From Leucoraja ocellata (lineage: Eukaryota), in assembly GCA_036785375.1 (NCBI GenBank), contig JAWMAR010000104.1:6262001-6326000 (forward strand): a stretch of 64,000 bases of DNA. The letters are read 5' to 3'. The notes below the pieces were generated by a model. That model saw nothing but the letters and a program-made list of their open reading frames with translations, was not told the origin of the DNA and ran no database searches. The position numbers and the translations under genes are program-made. Shown here one piece after another: positions 34,801 through 47,000 of the stretch (its first letter is position 1; each line of letters opens with the position of its first letter).

Positions 34801-37749
34801 GTCTGTGACAATGAATTCCATAATTCAATAGCGGTTGCATCGCTTTGATCATTAACCTTTGCACTAATGTCCTAAAACAGTGCGTCTACAATTTGGAAAG
34901 AGTAAACTTCTGAGACAAGTTATAAATGGGAGATATTCAAAGCTAAACTGAAGATAGAAAACAACACAAAAGGCACAGGGTGTAGAGACGCTGCCTCACA
35001 GCACCAGAGACCCGGGTTTCATCCTGATCTCCGTGTGTCTGTCTGTGTGTGTAGAGTTTGCATGTTCTCCCTGTGACCATGTGGGTTTCCTCCGGGTGCT
35101 CTGGTTTCCTCCCACATTCCGAATAGGTGCAGGTTTGCAGGTTAATTGGCCCTGTGTAAATTGGCCCCAGTGTGCAGGGGAGTGGATGAGAAGGTGGGAT
35201 AACATAGAACTAGTGTGAAGGTGTGATCGATGTTTTGGCTTGGCCTCGGTGGGCCGAAGGTCCTGTTTCCATGCTGTATCCCTAAACTAAATTACACTAA
35301 ACTAAATGGTGAAGAGTAGCTTTAATATTTTTCTCTGATGTTCTATGTTCCAGGATTCTAGAGATTAGTTCAAATAAAGAGAATTAAATTCAAGGAAACA
35401 TAGAACCTAGAACATAAAACAGTCGAGCACAGGAACAGGCCCTTCAGCCCACAATGTCTGTGCCAAACATGATGCCAAGATAAACTAATCTCTGCCTGCA
35501 TGTGATGCACAACCCTCCATTCCATACATAACCATGTGCCTGTCTTTAAAAATCCTCTTAAACGCCACAACGTATCTGCCTCGACCACCACCTCTGGCAG
35601 CGCGTCCCATGCACTCACCACCCTCTGTGCATAAACAAAAATTGTCCCACACATCTTTGAACTTTACCCCTCTTGTCTTAAAGCAATGCCCTCTAGTCTT
35701 GGACCTTTCCACCCTGGGGAAAAGGTTCTGATTGTCTACCCTGTCTATGCTTCTCATGATATGATAAACTTCTATCAGGTCTCCCCTCAACCTCTGACGC
35801 TGTAGAGAAAACAATCCAAGTTTGTCCAACCTCCCCTTATAATCCGAGCATCATTCTTGTGAACTGCTTCCGCACCATCCCCAAAGCCTCCACATCCTTC
35901 CTGTAAATGGGGCGGCACGGTGGCGCAGCGGTAGAGTTGATGCCTTACAGTGCCAGAGACCCGGGTTCGATCCTGACTGCGGGTGCTGTCTGTACGGAGT
36001 TTGTACATTCTCTCAGTGACCCGCGTGGGTTTTCTCCGGGTGCTCAGGTTTCCTCCCACACTCCAAAGACGTACAGGTTTGTAGGATAATTAGCTTTGGT
36101 AAAAATCGTAAATTGTTCCTAGTGTGTAGGATAGTGTATAAGGTGATCGCTGGTCAGCGCGGACTTGGTGGGCGGAAGGGCCTGTTTCCACACAGTTTCT
36201 CTAAAACTAAACAAAACAATGCCCTATAGTCCTTGCTATTCCACTCTGGGGGCAAGGTTCTGACTTTGTACCCTATCTATGCCTCTCATGAGCGTATAAA
36301 CATTCTATCTGATCTTCTTGTGAATCTCCGACGCTGTAGAGAAAACAAGCCAAACTTGTTCAACTTCTCCTTATCATCCGGGCATCATTCTGATAAACCT
36401 CCTCTGCACCCTCTCAATAGCCTCCACATCCTTCCTGTAATAAGTTCATAAGTTCACATCATAGCAACAGAATTAGGCCATTTGGCCCATCAAGTCTACT
36501 CCGCCATCCAGTTATGGTGGTCACGGTGTCGCAGTGGTAGAGTTGCTGCCTTACAGCGAACGCAGCGCCGGAGACCCGGGTTTGATCCTGACTACGGGTG
36601 CTGTCTGTACGGAGTTTGTACGTTCTCCCTGTGATCCACGTGGGTTTTCTCCGAGATCTTCGGTTTCTACCCACACTCCAAAGATGTACAGGTTTGTAGG
36701 TTAATTGGTTTGGTAAATGTAAAAATTGTCCCTGGTGTGTGTAGGATGGTGTCAATGTGCAGGGATCGCTGGTCGGCGCGGACCTGATGGGCTGAAGGGC
36801 CTGTTTCTGCTCTGTATCTCTAAACTAAACATTCTCCTGCCTTCTCCCCATAACCTTTAACGCCCATACTAATCAAGAATCTGTCAATCTTCAACTTAAG
36901 AATACCCATAGAAGGCCTCCACCGCCATCTGTGGCAATGAATTCCACAGATTCATCACCTTCTGATGAAATAAATTCCTCCTCATCTCCTTTCCAACCGT
37001 ACGTTCTTTTATTCTGAGGCTTTGGTTTCTGGCCCTAGACTCTCCCATTAGTGCAACCATTCTCTCCACATCCACTCTATCCGGGCCTTTCACTATCGGT
37101 AAGTTTCAATGATTGTCCCTCCTCATCCTTCTAAACTCCAGCGAGTACAGGCCCAGTCAAACGCAATGGAAGGCGGCAAGTAGCACTGCATTCGATACCC
37201 TAAATGTGTCCGAACTAAAGTGCTAGGTGTTGTACTTAACAGAGGTCCCTCTTCTCGGCCCTGCCTCACCATGGACATGGAATGAAGGAACTGCAAGCGC
37301 ACAAAACAGGAGCTAACATAACCATTCACTCCCTTTGCCTCGCTCCAACCACCCATAACACAGCTGATCCAACCACCCATAACACAGCTGATCTAACCAC
37401 CCATAACACAGCTGATCTAACCACCCATAACACAGCTGATCTAACCACTGCATTCTTCATAAGTTCATCAATTCATAAGTTCTAGGAGCAGAATTAGGCC
37501 ATTCGGCCCATCAAGTCTACTCTGCAATTCAGTCATGGCTGATCTATCCTTCCCTCTCAACACCATTCTCCTGCCTTCTCCTCATAACCCCTGACACCCT
37601 TGCCCTGCCTTGTCTTGCAATCTCTCAGCTCCTTGCTTGATGAATCTACCCAATATTTAAAGATAAAGGCTTTGCTGAAACAAGTTTGTTGAGATATCTC
37701 CAAAACTAACAATGTTTTTCTCTTTTTTCTTACAGCTTTTGAGGCCTAA
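16703..37749 (+). CDS. CD74: CD74 / MHC class II-associated invariant chain, 10 coding exons: join(16703-16814,24331-24509,26493-26575,28661-28726,29451-29545,30218-30332,32051-32158,32984-33184,34025-34066,37736-37749). Two 1-nt deletions as assembled.
   Basis: Domain order matches CD74: dileucine tail, type II TM with AGQ, CLIP, trimerisation ([16 protein letters not shown]), thyroglobulin type-1 (QC..STGYCWC), Ser-Gly site. All introns are GT-AG and phases agree once one base is restored in each of exons 1 and 5 (1017 nt, 338 aa). Confidence 0.95.
16887..17328. mobile_element. hAT-superfamily MITE at start of CD74 intron 1
   Basis: TIR TAGGGTTGCCAACT / AGTTGGAAAACTTA. Perfect 8-bp TSD ACCGCAAC at 16879-16886 and 17329-17336. 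Confidence 0.85.
19424..19456 (-). promoter_or_regulatory. Intronic MHC-II X1/X2/inverted-Y module (module 5)
   Basis: Minus strand CCCTGGCAACTGGTGAGTCAACAGTCAGCCAAT. 16/20 match to HLA-DRA CCCTAGCAACAGATGCGTCA. Confidence 0.65.
21147..21175 (+). promoter_or_regulatory. Intronic NF-kB site flanked by duplicated ETS-like cores
   Basis: GGGAATTTCC at 21160-21169. ATTTCCTGTTGT direct repeat at 21147-21158 and 21164-21175, in a non-repeat island. Confidence 0.45.
23863..23940. promoter_or_regulatory. Intronic cluster of three NF-kB sites
   Basis: GGGAATTACC 23863-23872; GGAAAGTCCC (reverse complement of GGGACTTTCC) 23908-23917; GGGAAACTCCC 23930-23940. Octamer-like TTGCAAAT at 23918-23925. Confidence 0.6.
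24331..24509 (+). CDS. CD74: CD74 exon 2 (transmembrane: [51 protein letters not shown]...)
   Basis: Acceptor TTGCCTTCCAG, donor TCA|GTAAGC. Hydrophobic helix with the conserved AGQ followed by QQxKI. Confidence 0.95.
24545..25555. repeat. Degenerate (ATTG)n microsatellite interrupted by a minus-strand CR1 3' fragment (about 24748-25460)
   Basis: ATTG/TGAT units on both sides. Inner ORF 25150-25440 [19 protein letters not shown] with (CATAGAAA) tail. Confidence 0.85.
26493..26575 (+). CDS. CD74: CD74 exon 3 (CLIP: [28 protein letters not shown])
   Basis: Long polypyrimidine acceptor ending CCTTCAG, donor AAG|GTGACT, phase 1 to 0. Resembles human [20 protein letters not shown]. Confidence 0.92.
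27850..28398 (+). mobile_element. Penelope-like element 3' region (decayed GIY-YIG endonuclease C-terminus plus pyrimidine-rich UTR)
   Basis: Degenerate HFNS.S.SH ... [14 protein letters not shown] motif at about 27925-28075. Confidence 0.65.
28399..28598. other. Assembly gap (200 N) in CD74 intron 3
   Basis: Run of N, ending 62 bp before exon 4. Confidence 1.
28661..28726 (+). CDS. CD74: CD74 exon 4 ([22 protein letters not shown])
   Basis: Acceptor TTTCCTCAG, donor AAG|GTACCT, phase 0-0. Resembles human MTEDHVMHLLQ. Confidence 0.9.
29451..29545 (+). CDS. CD74: CD74 exon 5 ([17 protein letters not shown][fs][15 protein letters not shown])
   Basis: Acceptor TTCCTCTCAG, donor AAG|GTTGGT. 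95 nt where 96 is needed; one base missing near 29502 gives TGA at 29514. Resembles human [25 protein letters not shown]. Confidence 0.9.
30218..30332 (+). CDS. CD74: CD74 exon 6 ([38 protein letters not shown])
   Basis: Acceptor ATTTTAG, donor GAG|GTACGT. Resembles human VFESWMHHWLLFEMS. Confidence 0.95.
31510..31692. repeat. (CA/CG)n imperfect microsatellite within a SINE
   Basis: cacacgcacgcacacacacacgc... tract. Confidence 0.95.
32051..32158 (+). CDS. CD74: CD74 extra exon 7 ([36 protein letters not shown]), CLIP-like
   Basis: Acceptor TTCTTGTCTCCACAG, donor AGG|GTAACT. 108 nt, phase 1-1, open in the CD74 frame, in a non-repeat island. Confidence 0.78.
32984..33184 (+). CDS. CD74: CD74 exon 8, thyroglobulin type-1 domain (p41-type exon)
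   Basis: ETECERLK...[36 protein letters not shown]...DNCQ with six Cys. Acceptor CACGCAG (alternative in-frame acceptor giving start 32996), donor AAA|GTAGGC, phase 1-1. Confidence 0.95.
33222..33495. repeat. Degenerate (CATAGAGT/CATAGT)n tandem repeat, expanded CR1/SINE tail
   Basis: Recurring gtcataga units abutting a minus-strand GGCCCTTCGGCCCA tail. Confidence 0.8.
34025..34066 (+). CDS. CD74: CD74 exon 9 ([14 protein letters not shown]; Ser-Gly glycosaminoglycan site)
   Basis: Acceptor CCACCTTCAG, donor GTG|GTGAGT, phase 1-1. Resembles human EDPSSGLG. Confidence 0.85.
35910..36215 (+). mobile_element. HE1-like tRNA-derived V-SINE (representative; further copies e.g. about 5920-6225 +, 18135-18340 +, 28755-29030 +, 30500-30800 +, 33600-33870 -, 34195-34472 -, 36518-36830 +, 50750-51055 +, 55755-56032 +)
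   Basis: A box TGGCGCAGCGG (35921), B box GGTTCGATCC (35964), V-domain GGGTTTTCTCCGGGTGCTC..TTTCCTCCCACACTCCAAAGAC, CR1-type tail GAAGGGCCTGTTTCC...(CTAAA)n. Confidence 0.9.
37347..37448. repeat. 24-bp tandem repeat, about 4 copies (AACCACCCATAACACAGCTGATCT)
   Basis: Directly visible, contiguous units without spacers. Confidence 0.95.
37736..37749 (+). CDS. CD74: CD74 terminal exon coding part (AFEA-stop)
   Basis: Branch point CTAAC at 37706-37710, long polypyrimidine tract, TTACAG acceptor. Phase 1 gives GCT TTT GAG GCC TAA, followed by AU-rich UTR-like sequence. Confidence 0.7.
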
Positions 37750-38631
37750 GGATGAAATGTCGATGGACACAGATCCTCAAGACCAGCTTTGCTCCCCAGA
37801 CATACATTAATTGCAAAGATTGATTAACATTTACTTTGATTGATAATTATTGGGCTGTTGACTTGCACCCAGTACATGTATCTTCTATCCTGCTTATGAT
37901 TTGTCCGTGAGGATTATTTAGCTAAAAAGTAGACAATCAAATTGCTCATAAGTTCATAAATTCATAAGTTGTAGCAGCAGAATTAGGCCATTCGGCCCAT
38001 CAAGGCTACTCCACCATTCAATCATGGCTGATCTATCTTTCCCTCTCAACCCCATTCTCCTGCATTCTCCCCATAACCTTTGACACCCTTACTAATCAAG
38101 AATCTGTCAATCTCCTCCTTAAAAATCCCCAATGACTTGGTCTTTACCTTTAGCCATCTGAGGCAATGAATTCCACAGATTCACCACCCTCTAACTAGAT
38201 GAATTCCTCCTCATCTCCTTGCTAAAGTTACCTCCTTTAATTCAGAGGCTGTGCCCTCTGGTTCTAGAGTCTGTACATTCACCCCATCTATTCCTCCCAT
38301 GATTTTATCAACCCTCTCACCTGAACACACATAATCCAGATGGCTCTGCCTAACACTGGGAACACCACCATCAGAGATTGAAGGATTGCAGGGGTATATA
38401 ACCCCCCCCCCCCATCACCATTACTTTGGGATTCAGTAGAGTTGGGGCTACAGTTTATGATTATCAGCAATGCCCCTTTTCAATTAAAAGATGCATTCAA
38501 GATATAAAAATTCACCACTTTGTTTTAAGAATTGCCAAGAATTAATTTGCTGAAGAATAATATTGCTTCTAGATTATGTTAATATTTGCTCATTGATAAT
38601 GGCTAACTATTGCTGGGGAATATTACGTTGC

Positions 38632-38637
38632 AATAAA
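38632..38637 (+). terminator. Probable CD74 polyadenylation signal
   Basis: AATAAA at the end of an AT-rich non-repeat stretch, followed by U/GU-rich sequence. Alternative ATTAAA at 38483-38488. Confidence 0.55.
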
Positions 38638-38802
38638 GGGTGTGGAATTTTATTTCATCTCTCTCTTTGAATTATTGTGACAATTGGGATTGGATGTTGG
38701 GGGTAAATGAAGGGTTGTTGTGTTAGGGGCCTGTCATCCAGGCTTCAGCCCATTATCGTTCAAAGCATTGGATGGAATAGATCTAAAGGTAAAGGTAGGG
38801 CT

Positions 38803-38821
38803 TTAGTTTAGTTTAGTTTAG

Positions 38822-38850
<29 letters not shown>
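38803..38850. repeat. (TTTAG)n microsatellite, retroposon tail
   Basis: Perfect pentamer run. Similar runs at about 51052-51105 and 57760-57784. Confidence 0.95.
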
Positions 38851-38853
<3 letters not shown>

Positions 38854-40261
38854 TCAAGTGTCCCGAGGTACAGTGAAAAGCTTTTTTGTTGCATTTTATC
38901 CAGACAGCGAAAAGACTAATGATGATTACAATCAAGCCGTCCACAGTGTACAGATACAGGATAAAGGGAATCATGTTTAGTGCAATATGAAGTCCAGTTA
39001 AGTCTGGTTAAAGATAGTTCAAAGGTCTCCAATGAGGTAGATGGGAGGACAGGACCACTGTCTAGTTGGTGATGGGATGGTTCAGTTGTCTGATAACAGC
39101 TGGGAAGAAGTTGTCCCTGAATCTGGAGGTGTGTGTTTTCACACTTCTGTACCTCTTGCCCGATAGAAGAGGGGAGAAGAGGGATTGACTGGGGTGTGAC
39201 TGGTCCTTGATTATGCTGGTGGTCTTGCCGAGGCAGCGTGAAGTGTAGATGGAGTCAATGGAAGGGAGGTTGGTTTGGGTGATGGTCTGGGCTGCGTCCA
39301 CAATTCTCTAAATTTTATCGGGATGCATCACAGCACGGCTTGGGAACAACCCCATCTAAGACCACAAGAAATTTTAAAGAGAAGTTGATGAAGTGCATGG
39401 GCTAGTGTTTCTGGAGAGGCAAGAGACAGAGATTTCGGTTCAAACTCAATAATTCTCAAGCGCGGAGTGTCACGGAGATGTCACTTTCCGGTCCATGTTC
39501 TCCGGAGATGCTGACTGAGTCACTGTGTTACTCCAGCACTTTGTTTCTTTTTTGTAAACAAGCATCTACAGTTCCTTATTCCTACAAGATTCATACGGAT
39601 ATTGCCACGAGATCTTGAGTTAAAGGTGGAGAGGTGGGCAGACTAGGCACATAAGGAACTGCAGATGCTGGAATCTTGAACAAAAAGTAGAGTGCTGGAG
39701 TAACTCAACAGGTCAGGGGGCATCTCTGGAGAACATGGATAGGTGACGTTTTGGGTCGGGACTCTTGTTCTCAGTTCCAGTCAATGTGGAAAAGGGTCCT
39801 GACCCAAAATGTCACCTATCCATATTCTGCAGAGATGCTGCCTGACCCGTTGAGATACTCCAGCACCTTTAAGACATTCACAGTTCATGAGCCATTCATT
39901 GATGGTGTTGTCTCCTGCAAGATCAAGGGGAAGGCAATATGATCAAAATGGACGTGAGATAAAAAACGACACATCGTGTTTCTTTGTTCTCCAATAAAGA
40001 AGAACCCAATTACATTTATATAGTGCCTTTTTAAAATATCCCAAAGAAATCTACAGCCTATAAGAAACAATACCATTATGCATCGCAAAGCTGATCAGTC
40101 ATTGAGTCACAGTTGTACAGAACGGAAACAGGCCCTTCAGCCCAACTTTTCCATGGTGACCAAGATGCCCCATTTACACTACTCCTACCCGCCCACGTTT
40201 GGCCCATATTCCTCTAAACCTTTCCTATCCATATTCCTGTGCAAATGCCTTTTAAATGTTG

Positions 40262-40502
40262 TTATGCCCCTGTCCCACTTAGGAAACCTGAACGGAAACC
40301 TCTGGAGACTTTGTGCCCCACCCAAGGTTTCCGTGCGGTTCCCAGAGGTTCCCGGAGGTTTTTGTCAGTCTCCCTACCTGCTTCCACTACCTGCAACCTC
40401 CGGCAATCACCTGCAACTTCTGGGAACCACATGGAAACCTTGGGTGGGGCACAAAGTCTCCAGAGGTTTCCGTTCAGGTTTCCTAAGTGAGACCGGGCAT
40501 AA
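40262..40502. mobile_element. Foldback MITE (PIF/Harbinger-like termini)
   Basis: About 90-bp TIRs TTATGCCCCTGTCCCACTTAGGAAACCTGAACGG... / ...CCGTTCAGGTTTCCTAAGTGAGACCGGGCATAA, inserted in a CR1 3' fragment. Confidence 0.8.
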
Positions 40503-41030
40503 CAGTACCTGCCTCAACTACCTCCTGTGGCAGCTCGTTCCATACACCCACCACCCTCTTCACCTTAAACCTATGTCCTGTGGTTCTTGATTCCCCTACT
40601 CTGGGTTAAAGACTCTGTGCATTCACCCTATTTATCCCCCTCATGATTTTATACACCTCTATAAGATCACCACTTAGTCTCCTGCGCTCCAAGGAATAAT
40701 CATAGCCTGCTCAACCTCTCCCTATAGCTCAGGCCCTCGAGTCCTGAACTTACCAAAACTGAACCCAATGCTCCAAATGTGACCTCAATATTCCAAATAC
40801 AATGCCCACCACAAATTTTACGATAGCATTATGATAGAAAATACAAATGTGTGATGTAAATGCAAATTAAATGTTGGCCAGCATAGACACTCCCATCTGT
40901 ATAGGAAATTTTTACTGTTGATCTGACTGGGCATTAATATAAATTTTAGTATAGAGATACAGCACAGAAACAGGCCTTCAGCCCACCGAGTCCACGCTGA
41001 CCATCGATCATCCTGTATACTAATTCTATC

Positions 41031-44000
41031 CATACAACCATATAACCATATAACAATTACAGCACGGAAACAGGCCATCTCAGCCCTACAAGTCCGTGCC
41101 GAACAACTTTTTTCCCTTAGACCCACCTGCCTGCACTCATACCATAACCCTCTATTCCCTTCTCATCCATATGCCTATCCAATTTATTTTTAAATGATAC
41201 CAACGAACCAGCCTCCACCACTTCCACTGGAAGCTCATTCCACACAGCTACCACTCTCTGAGTAAAGAAGTTCCCCCTCATGTTACCCCTAAACTTCTGT
41301 CCCTTAATTCTGAAATCATGTCCTCTTGTTTGAATCTTCCCTATTCTCAAAGGGAAAAGCTGATCCACATCAACTCTGTCTATCCCTCTCATCATTTTAA
41401 AGACCTCTATCAAGTCCCCCCCTTAACCTTCTGCGCTCCAGAGAATAAAGACCTAACTTATTCAACCTTTCTCTGTAACTTAGTTGTTGAAACCCAGGCA
41501 ACATTCTAGTAAATCTCCTCTGTACTCTCTCTATTTTGTTGACATCCTTCCTATAATTGGGCGACCAAAATTGTACACCATACTCCAGATTTGGTCTCAC
41601 CAATGCCTTGTACAATTTTAACATTACATCCCAGCTTCTATACTCAATGCTCTGATTTATAAAGGCTAGCATACCAAAAGCTTTCTTTACCACCCTATCT
41701 ATATGAGATTCCACCTTCAAGGAACTATGCACGGTTATTCCCAGATCCCTCTGGTTAACTGTATTCTTCAATTCCCTGCCATTTACCATGTACGTCCTAT
41801 TTTGATTTGTCCTGCCAAGGTGTAGCACCTCACATTTATCAGCATTAAACTCCATCTGCCATCTTTCAGCCCATTCTTCCAAATGGCCTAAATCATTCTG
41901 TAGACTTTGGAAATCCTCTTCATTATCCACAACACCCCCTATCTTGGTATCATCTGCATACTTACTAATCCAATTTACACACTTTCATCCAGATCATTGA
42001 TGTACATGACAAACAACAAAGGACCCAACACAGATCCCTGAGGCACCCCACTAGCCACCTGCGTCCAACCCGACAAACAACCATCCACCATTACCCTCTG
42101 GCTTCTCCCATTTAGCCATTGTTTAATCCATTTTGCTACTCCTGCATTTATACCCAACAGTTGAACCTTCTTAACCAACCTTCCATGAGGAACCTTGTCA
42201 AAGGCCTTACTAAAGTCCATATAGACAACATCCACTGCTTTACCCTCGTCAATTTCCCTGGTAACCTCTTCAAAAAATTCAAGAAGATTAGTCAAACATG
42301 ACCTTCCAGGCACAAATCCATGCTGACTGTTCCTAATCAGACCCTGTTTATCCAGATGCTTATATATATTATCTCTAAGTATCTTTTCCATTAATTCAGT
42401 GCCCACCACTGAAGTCAAACTAACAGGCCTATAATTGCTAGGTTTACTCTTAGAACCCTTTTAAAACAATGGAACAACATGCGCAGTACGCCAATCCTCA
42501 GGGACTATTCCCATTTCTAATGACATTTGAAATATTTCTGTCATAGCCCCGGCTATTTCTACACTAACTTCCCTCAATGTCCTAGGGAATATCCTGTCAG
42601 GACCTGGAGACTTTTATATTTTTCAAAAGTGTCAGTACTTCTTTTACTTTGAAACTCATAGTATCCATAGCTACTCTACTAGTTTCCATTACCTCACATA
42701 ATTCAATATCCTTCTCCTTGGTGAATACTGACGAAAAGAAATTGTTCAATATCTCCCCCCATCTCTTTTGGCTCTGCAGATAGCTGTCCACTCTGTCTCT
42801 CCAATGGACCAATTTTATCCCTCGTTATCCTTTTGCTATTAATATAGCTGTAGAAACCCTTTGTATTTACTTTCACCTTACTTGCCAAAGCAACCTCATG
42901 TCTTCTTTTAGCTTTTCTAATTTATTTCTTAAGATTATTTTTACATTCCTTATACTCCTCAAGCACCTCATTTACTTCATGCTGCCTATAATTATTGTAG
43001 ATCTCCCTCTTTTTCCGAACAAGATGTCCAATTTCCCTTGAAAACCAGGCCTCTTTCCACTTTTTACTGTTTCCTTTCAACCTAACGGGAACATAAAGAT
43101 TCTGTACTCTTAATATTTCCCCTTTAAATGTCCTCCATTTCTCTTCTATCCTTCCCATAAAACAAAATGTCCCAGTTCACTCCTTTTAAATCCTTTCGCA
43201 TCTCATCAAAGTTATCCTTTCTCCAATCAAAAATCTCAACCCTAGGTCCAGTTCTGACCCTCTCCATAATTATATTGAAACTAATGGTATTGTGATCACT
43301 GGACCCAAAGTGCTCCCCAACGCATACCTCCGCCACCTGTCCCGTCTCATTTCCTAACAGGAGGTCCAACACTGCCCCTCCTCTAGTAGGTACCTCTATG
43401 TATTGCTGCAAAAAACTATCCTGCACACATTTTACAAACTCCAAACCATCCAGCCCATTTACCGAATGTGTTTCCCAGTCTATGTGTGGAAAGTTGAAAT
43501 TTCCCATAATCACTACTTTGTGCTTACTACTAATATCTGCTATCTCCTTACATATTTGCTCTTCCAATTCTCGATCACCATTTGGCGGTCTATAATACAC
43601 CCCTATAAGTGTTGCTACCCCTTTCCCACTTCTTAGTTCCACCCAAATAGCCTCCCTAGATGAGCCCTCCAATCTATCCTGCCAAAGCACTGCTGTAATA
43701 TCTTCCCTGACTAGTAATGCAACACCTCCACCTCTTGCCCCATCAATTCTATCACACCTGAAGCAACAAAATCCTGGAATATTTGGTTTCCAATCACAGC
43801 CCTCCTACAACCATGTTTCACTGATCGCCACAACATCATAGAAACATAGAAACATAGAAACATGGAAATTAGGTGCAGGAGTAGGCCATTCAGCCCTTCG
43901 AGCCTGCACCGCATTTCAATATGATAATGGCTGATCATCCAACTCAGTATCGTGTGCCTGCCTTCTCTCCATACCCCCTGATCCCCTTAGCCACAAGGGC

Positions 44001-47000
44001 CACATCTAACTCCCTCTTAAATATAGCCAATGAACTGGCCTCAACTACCCTCTGTGGCAGAGAGTTCCAGAGATTCACCACTCTCTGTGTGAAAAAAGTT
44101 CTTCTCATCTCGGTTTTAAAGGATTTCCCCCTTATCCTTAAGCTGTGACCCCTTGCCCTGGACTTCCCTAACATCGGGAACAATCTTCCTGCATCTAGCC
44201 TGTCCAACCCCTTAAGAATTTTGTAAGTTTCTATAAGATCCCCTCTCAATCTCCTAAATTCTAGAGAGTATAAACCAAGTCTATCCATTCTTTCTTCATA
44301 AGACAGTCCTGACATCCCAGGAATCAGTCTGGTGAACCGTCTCTGCACTCCCTCTATGGCAATAATGTCCTTCCTCAGATATGGAGACCAAAACTGTACG
44401 CAATACTCCAGGTATGGTCTCACCAAGACCCTGTACAACTGCAGTAGAACCTCCCTGCTCCTATACTCAAATCCTTTTGCAATGAAAGCTAACATACCAT
44501 TCGCTTTCTTTACTGCCTGCTGCACCTGCATGCCTACCTTCAATGACTGGTGTACCATGACACCCAGGTCTCGCTGCATCTCCCCCTTTCTCAATCGGCC
44601 ACCATTTAGATAATAGTCTGCTTTCCCGTTTTTGCCACCAAAATGGATAACCTCACATTTATCCACATTATACTGCATCTGCCAAACATTTGCCCACTCA
44701 CCCAGCCTATCCAAGTCACCTTGCAGTCTCCTAGCATCCTCCTCACAGCTAACACTGCCCCCCAGCTTAGTGTCATCCGCAAACTTGGAGATATTGCCTT
44801 CAATTCCCTCATCCAGATCATTAATATATATTGTAAATAGCTGGGGTCCCAGCACTGAGCCTTGCGGTACCCCACTAGTCACTGCCTGCCACTGTGAAAA
44901 GGACCCGTTTACTCCTACTCTTTGCTTCCTGTTTGCCAGCCAGTTCTCTATCCACATCAATACTGAACCCCTAATGCCGTGTGCTTTAAGTTTGTATACT
45001 AATCTCTTATGTGGGACCTTGTCAAAAGCCTTCTGGAAGTCCAGATACACCACATCCACTGGTTCTCCCCTATCCACGCTACTAGTTACATCCTCGAAAA
45101 ATTCTATAAGATTCGTCAGACATGATTTACCTTTCGTAAATCCATGCTGACTTTGTCCAATGATTTCACCACTTTCCAAATGTGCTGCTATCCCATCTTT
45201 AATAACTGACTCTAGCAGTTTCCCCACTACCGATGTTAGACTAACTGGTCTGTAATTCCCCGTTTTCTCTCTCCCTCCCTTCTTAAAAAGTGGGGTTACA
45301 TTTGCTACCCGCCAATCCTCAGGAACTACTCCAGAATCTAAAGAGTTTTGAAAGATTATTACTAATGCATCCACTATTTCTGGAGCTACTTCCTTAAGTA
45401 CTCTGGGATGCAGCCTATCTGGCCCTGGGGATTTATCGGCCTTTAATCCATTCAATTTACCCAACACTACTTCCCGGCTAACCTGGATTTCACTCAATTC
45501 CTCCAACTCCTTTGACCCGCGGTCCCCTGCTATTTCCGGCAAATTATTTATGTCTTCCTTAGTGAATACGGAACCAAAGTAGTTATTCAATTGGTCCGCC
45601 ATATCCTTGTTCCCCATGATCAACTCACCTGTTTCTGACTGCAAGGGACCTACATTTGTTTTAACTAATCTCTTTCTTTTCACATATCTATAAAAACTTT
45701 TGCAGTCAGTTTTTATGTTCTCTGCCAGTTTTCTTTCATAATCTATTTTTCCTTTCCTAATTAAGCCCTTTGTCCTCCTCTGCTGGTCTCTGAATTTCTC
45801 CCAGTCCTCCGGTATGCTGCTTTTTCTGGCTAATTTGTACGCATCATCCTTCGCTTTGATACTATCCCTGATTTCCCTTGTTATCCACGGATGTACTACC
45901 TTCCCTGATTTATTCTTTTGCCAAACTGGGATGAACAATTTTTGTAGTTCATCCATGCAGTCTTTAAATGTCTTCCATTGCATATCCACCGTCAACCCTC
46001 TTAGAATTAATTGCCAGTCAATCTTGGCCAATTCACGTCTCATACCCTCAAAGTTACCTTTCTTTAAGTTCAGAACCATTGTTTCTGAATTAACAATGTC
46101 ACTCTCCATCCTAATGAAGAATTCAACCATATTATGGTCACTCTTGCCCAAGGGGGCACGTACAACAAGATTGCTAACTAACCCTTCCTCATTACTCAAT
46201 ACCCAGTCTAAAATAGCCTGCTCTCTCGTTGGTTCCTCTACATGTTGATTTAGATAACTATCACGCATACATTCCAAGAAATCCTCTTCCTCAGCACCCC
46301 TGCCAATTTGATTCACCCAATCTATATGTAGATTGAAGTCACCCATTATAACTGTTTTGCCTTTGCCGCACGCATTTCTAATTTCCTGTTTGATACCATC
46401 TCCAACTTCACTACTACTGTTAGGTGGCCTGTACACAACACCCACCAGCGTTTTCTGCCCCTTAGTGTTTCACAGCTCTACCCATACCGATTCCACATCC
46501 TCCAAACTAATGTCCTTCCTTTCCATTGCACTAATCTCCTCTCTAATCAGTAACGGTACCCCACCTCCTTTTCCTTTCTCTCTATCCCTCCAGAATATTG
46601 AATATCCCTGGATGTTCAGCTCCCAGCCTCGGTCACCCTGGAGCCATGTCTCCGTGATCCCAACTATATCATAGTCATTAATAGCTATCTGCACATTCAA
46701 CTCATCCACCTTATTACGAATGCTCCTTGCATTGAGACACAAAGCCTTCAGGCTTGTTTTTACAACACTCTTACCCCTTATACAATTATGTTGAAAAGTG
46801 TCCCTTTTTGATTTTTGCCCGGGTTTTGTCTGCCTGCCACTTTTACTTTTCACCTTGCTACCTATTGCTTCTACCCTCATTTTACACCCCTCGGTCTCTA
46901 CGCTCACACATTTAAGAAACCCTTTCCCTTTAACTCCATCATCCACTATCCCATTCGACACCCACCCCCCTTATTCAGTTTAAAGCCACCCGTGTAGCAG

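Noticed and set aside
35354-35378. Alternative terminal exon (TTCCAG|GA TTC TAG followed by AATAAA)
   Set aside because: The acceptor resembles a repeat tail (TTCTATGTTC) and the exon would be implausibly short. The 37736 acceptor has a much better branch point and pyrimidine tract. Not excluded without RNA data.
35910-35980. tRNA genes at the many A-box/B-box heads
   Set aside because: Each continues directly into the V-SINE body and CR1-like tail, with no complete cloverleaf evident.
37347-37448. 24-bp repeat as a CRISPR-like array
   Set aside because: Head-to-tail units with no spacers, in a vertebrate intron. Ordinary minisatellite.
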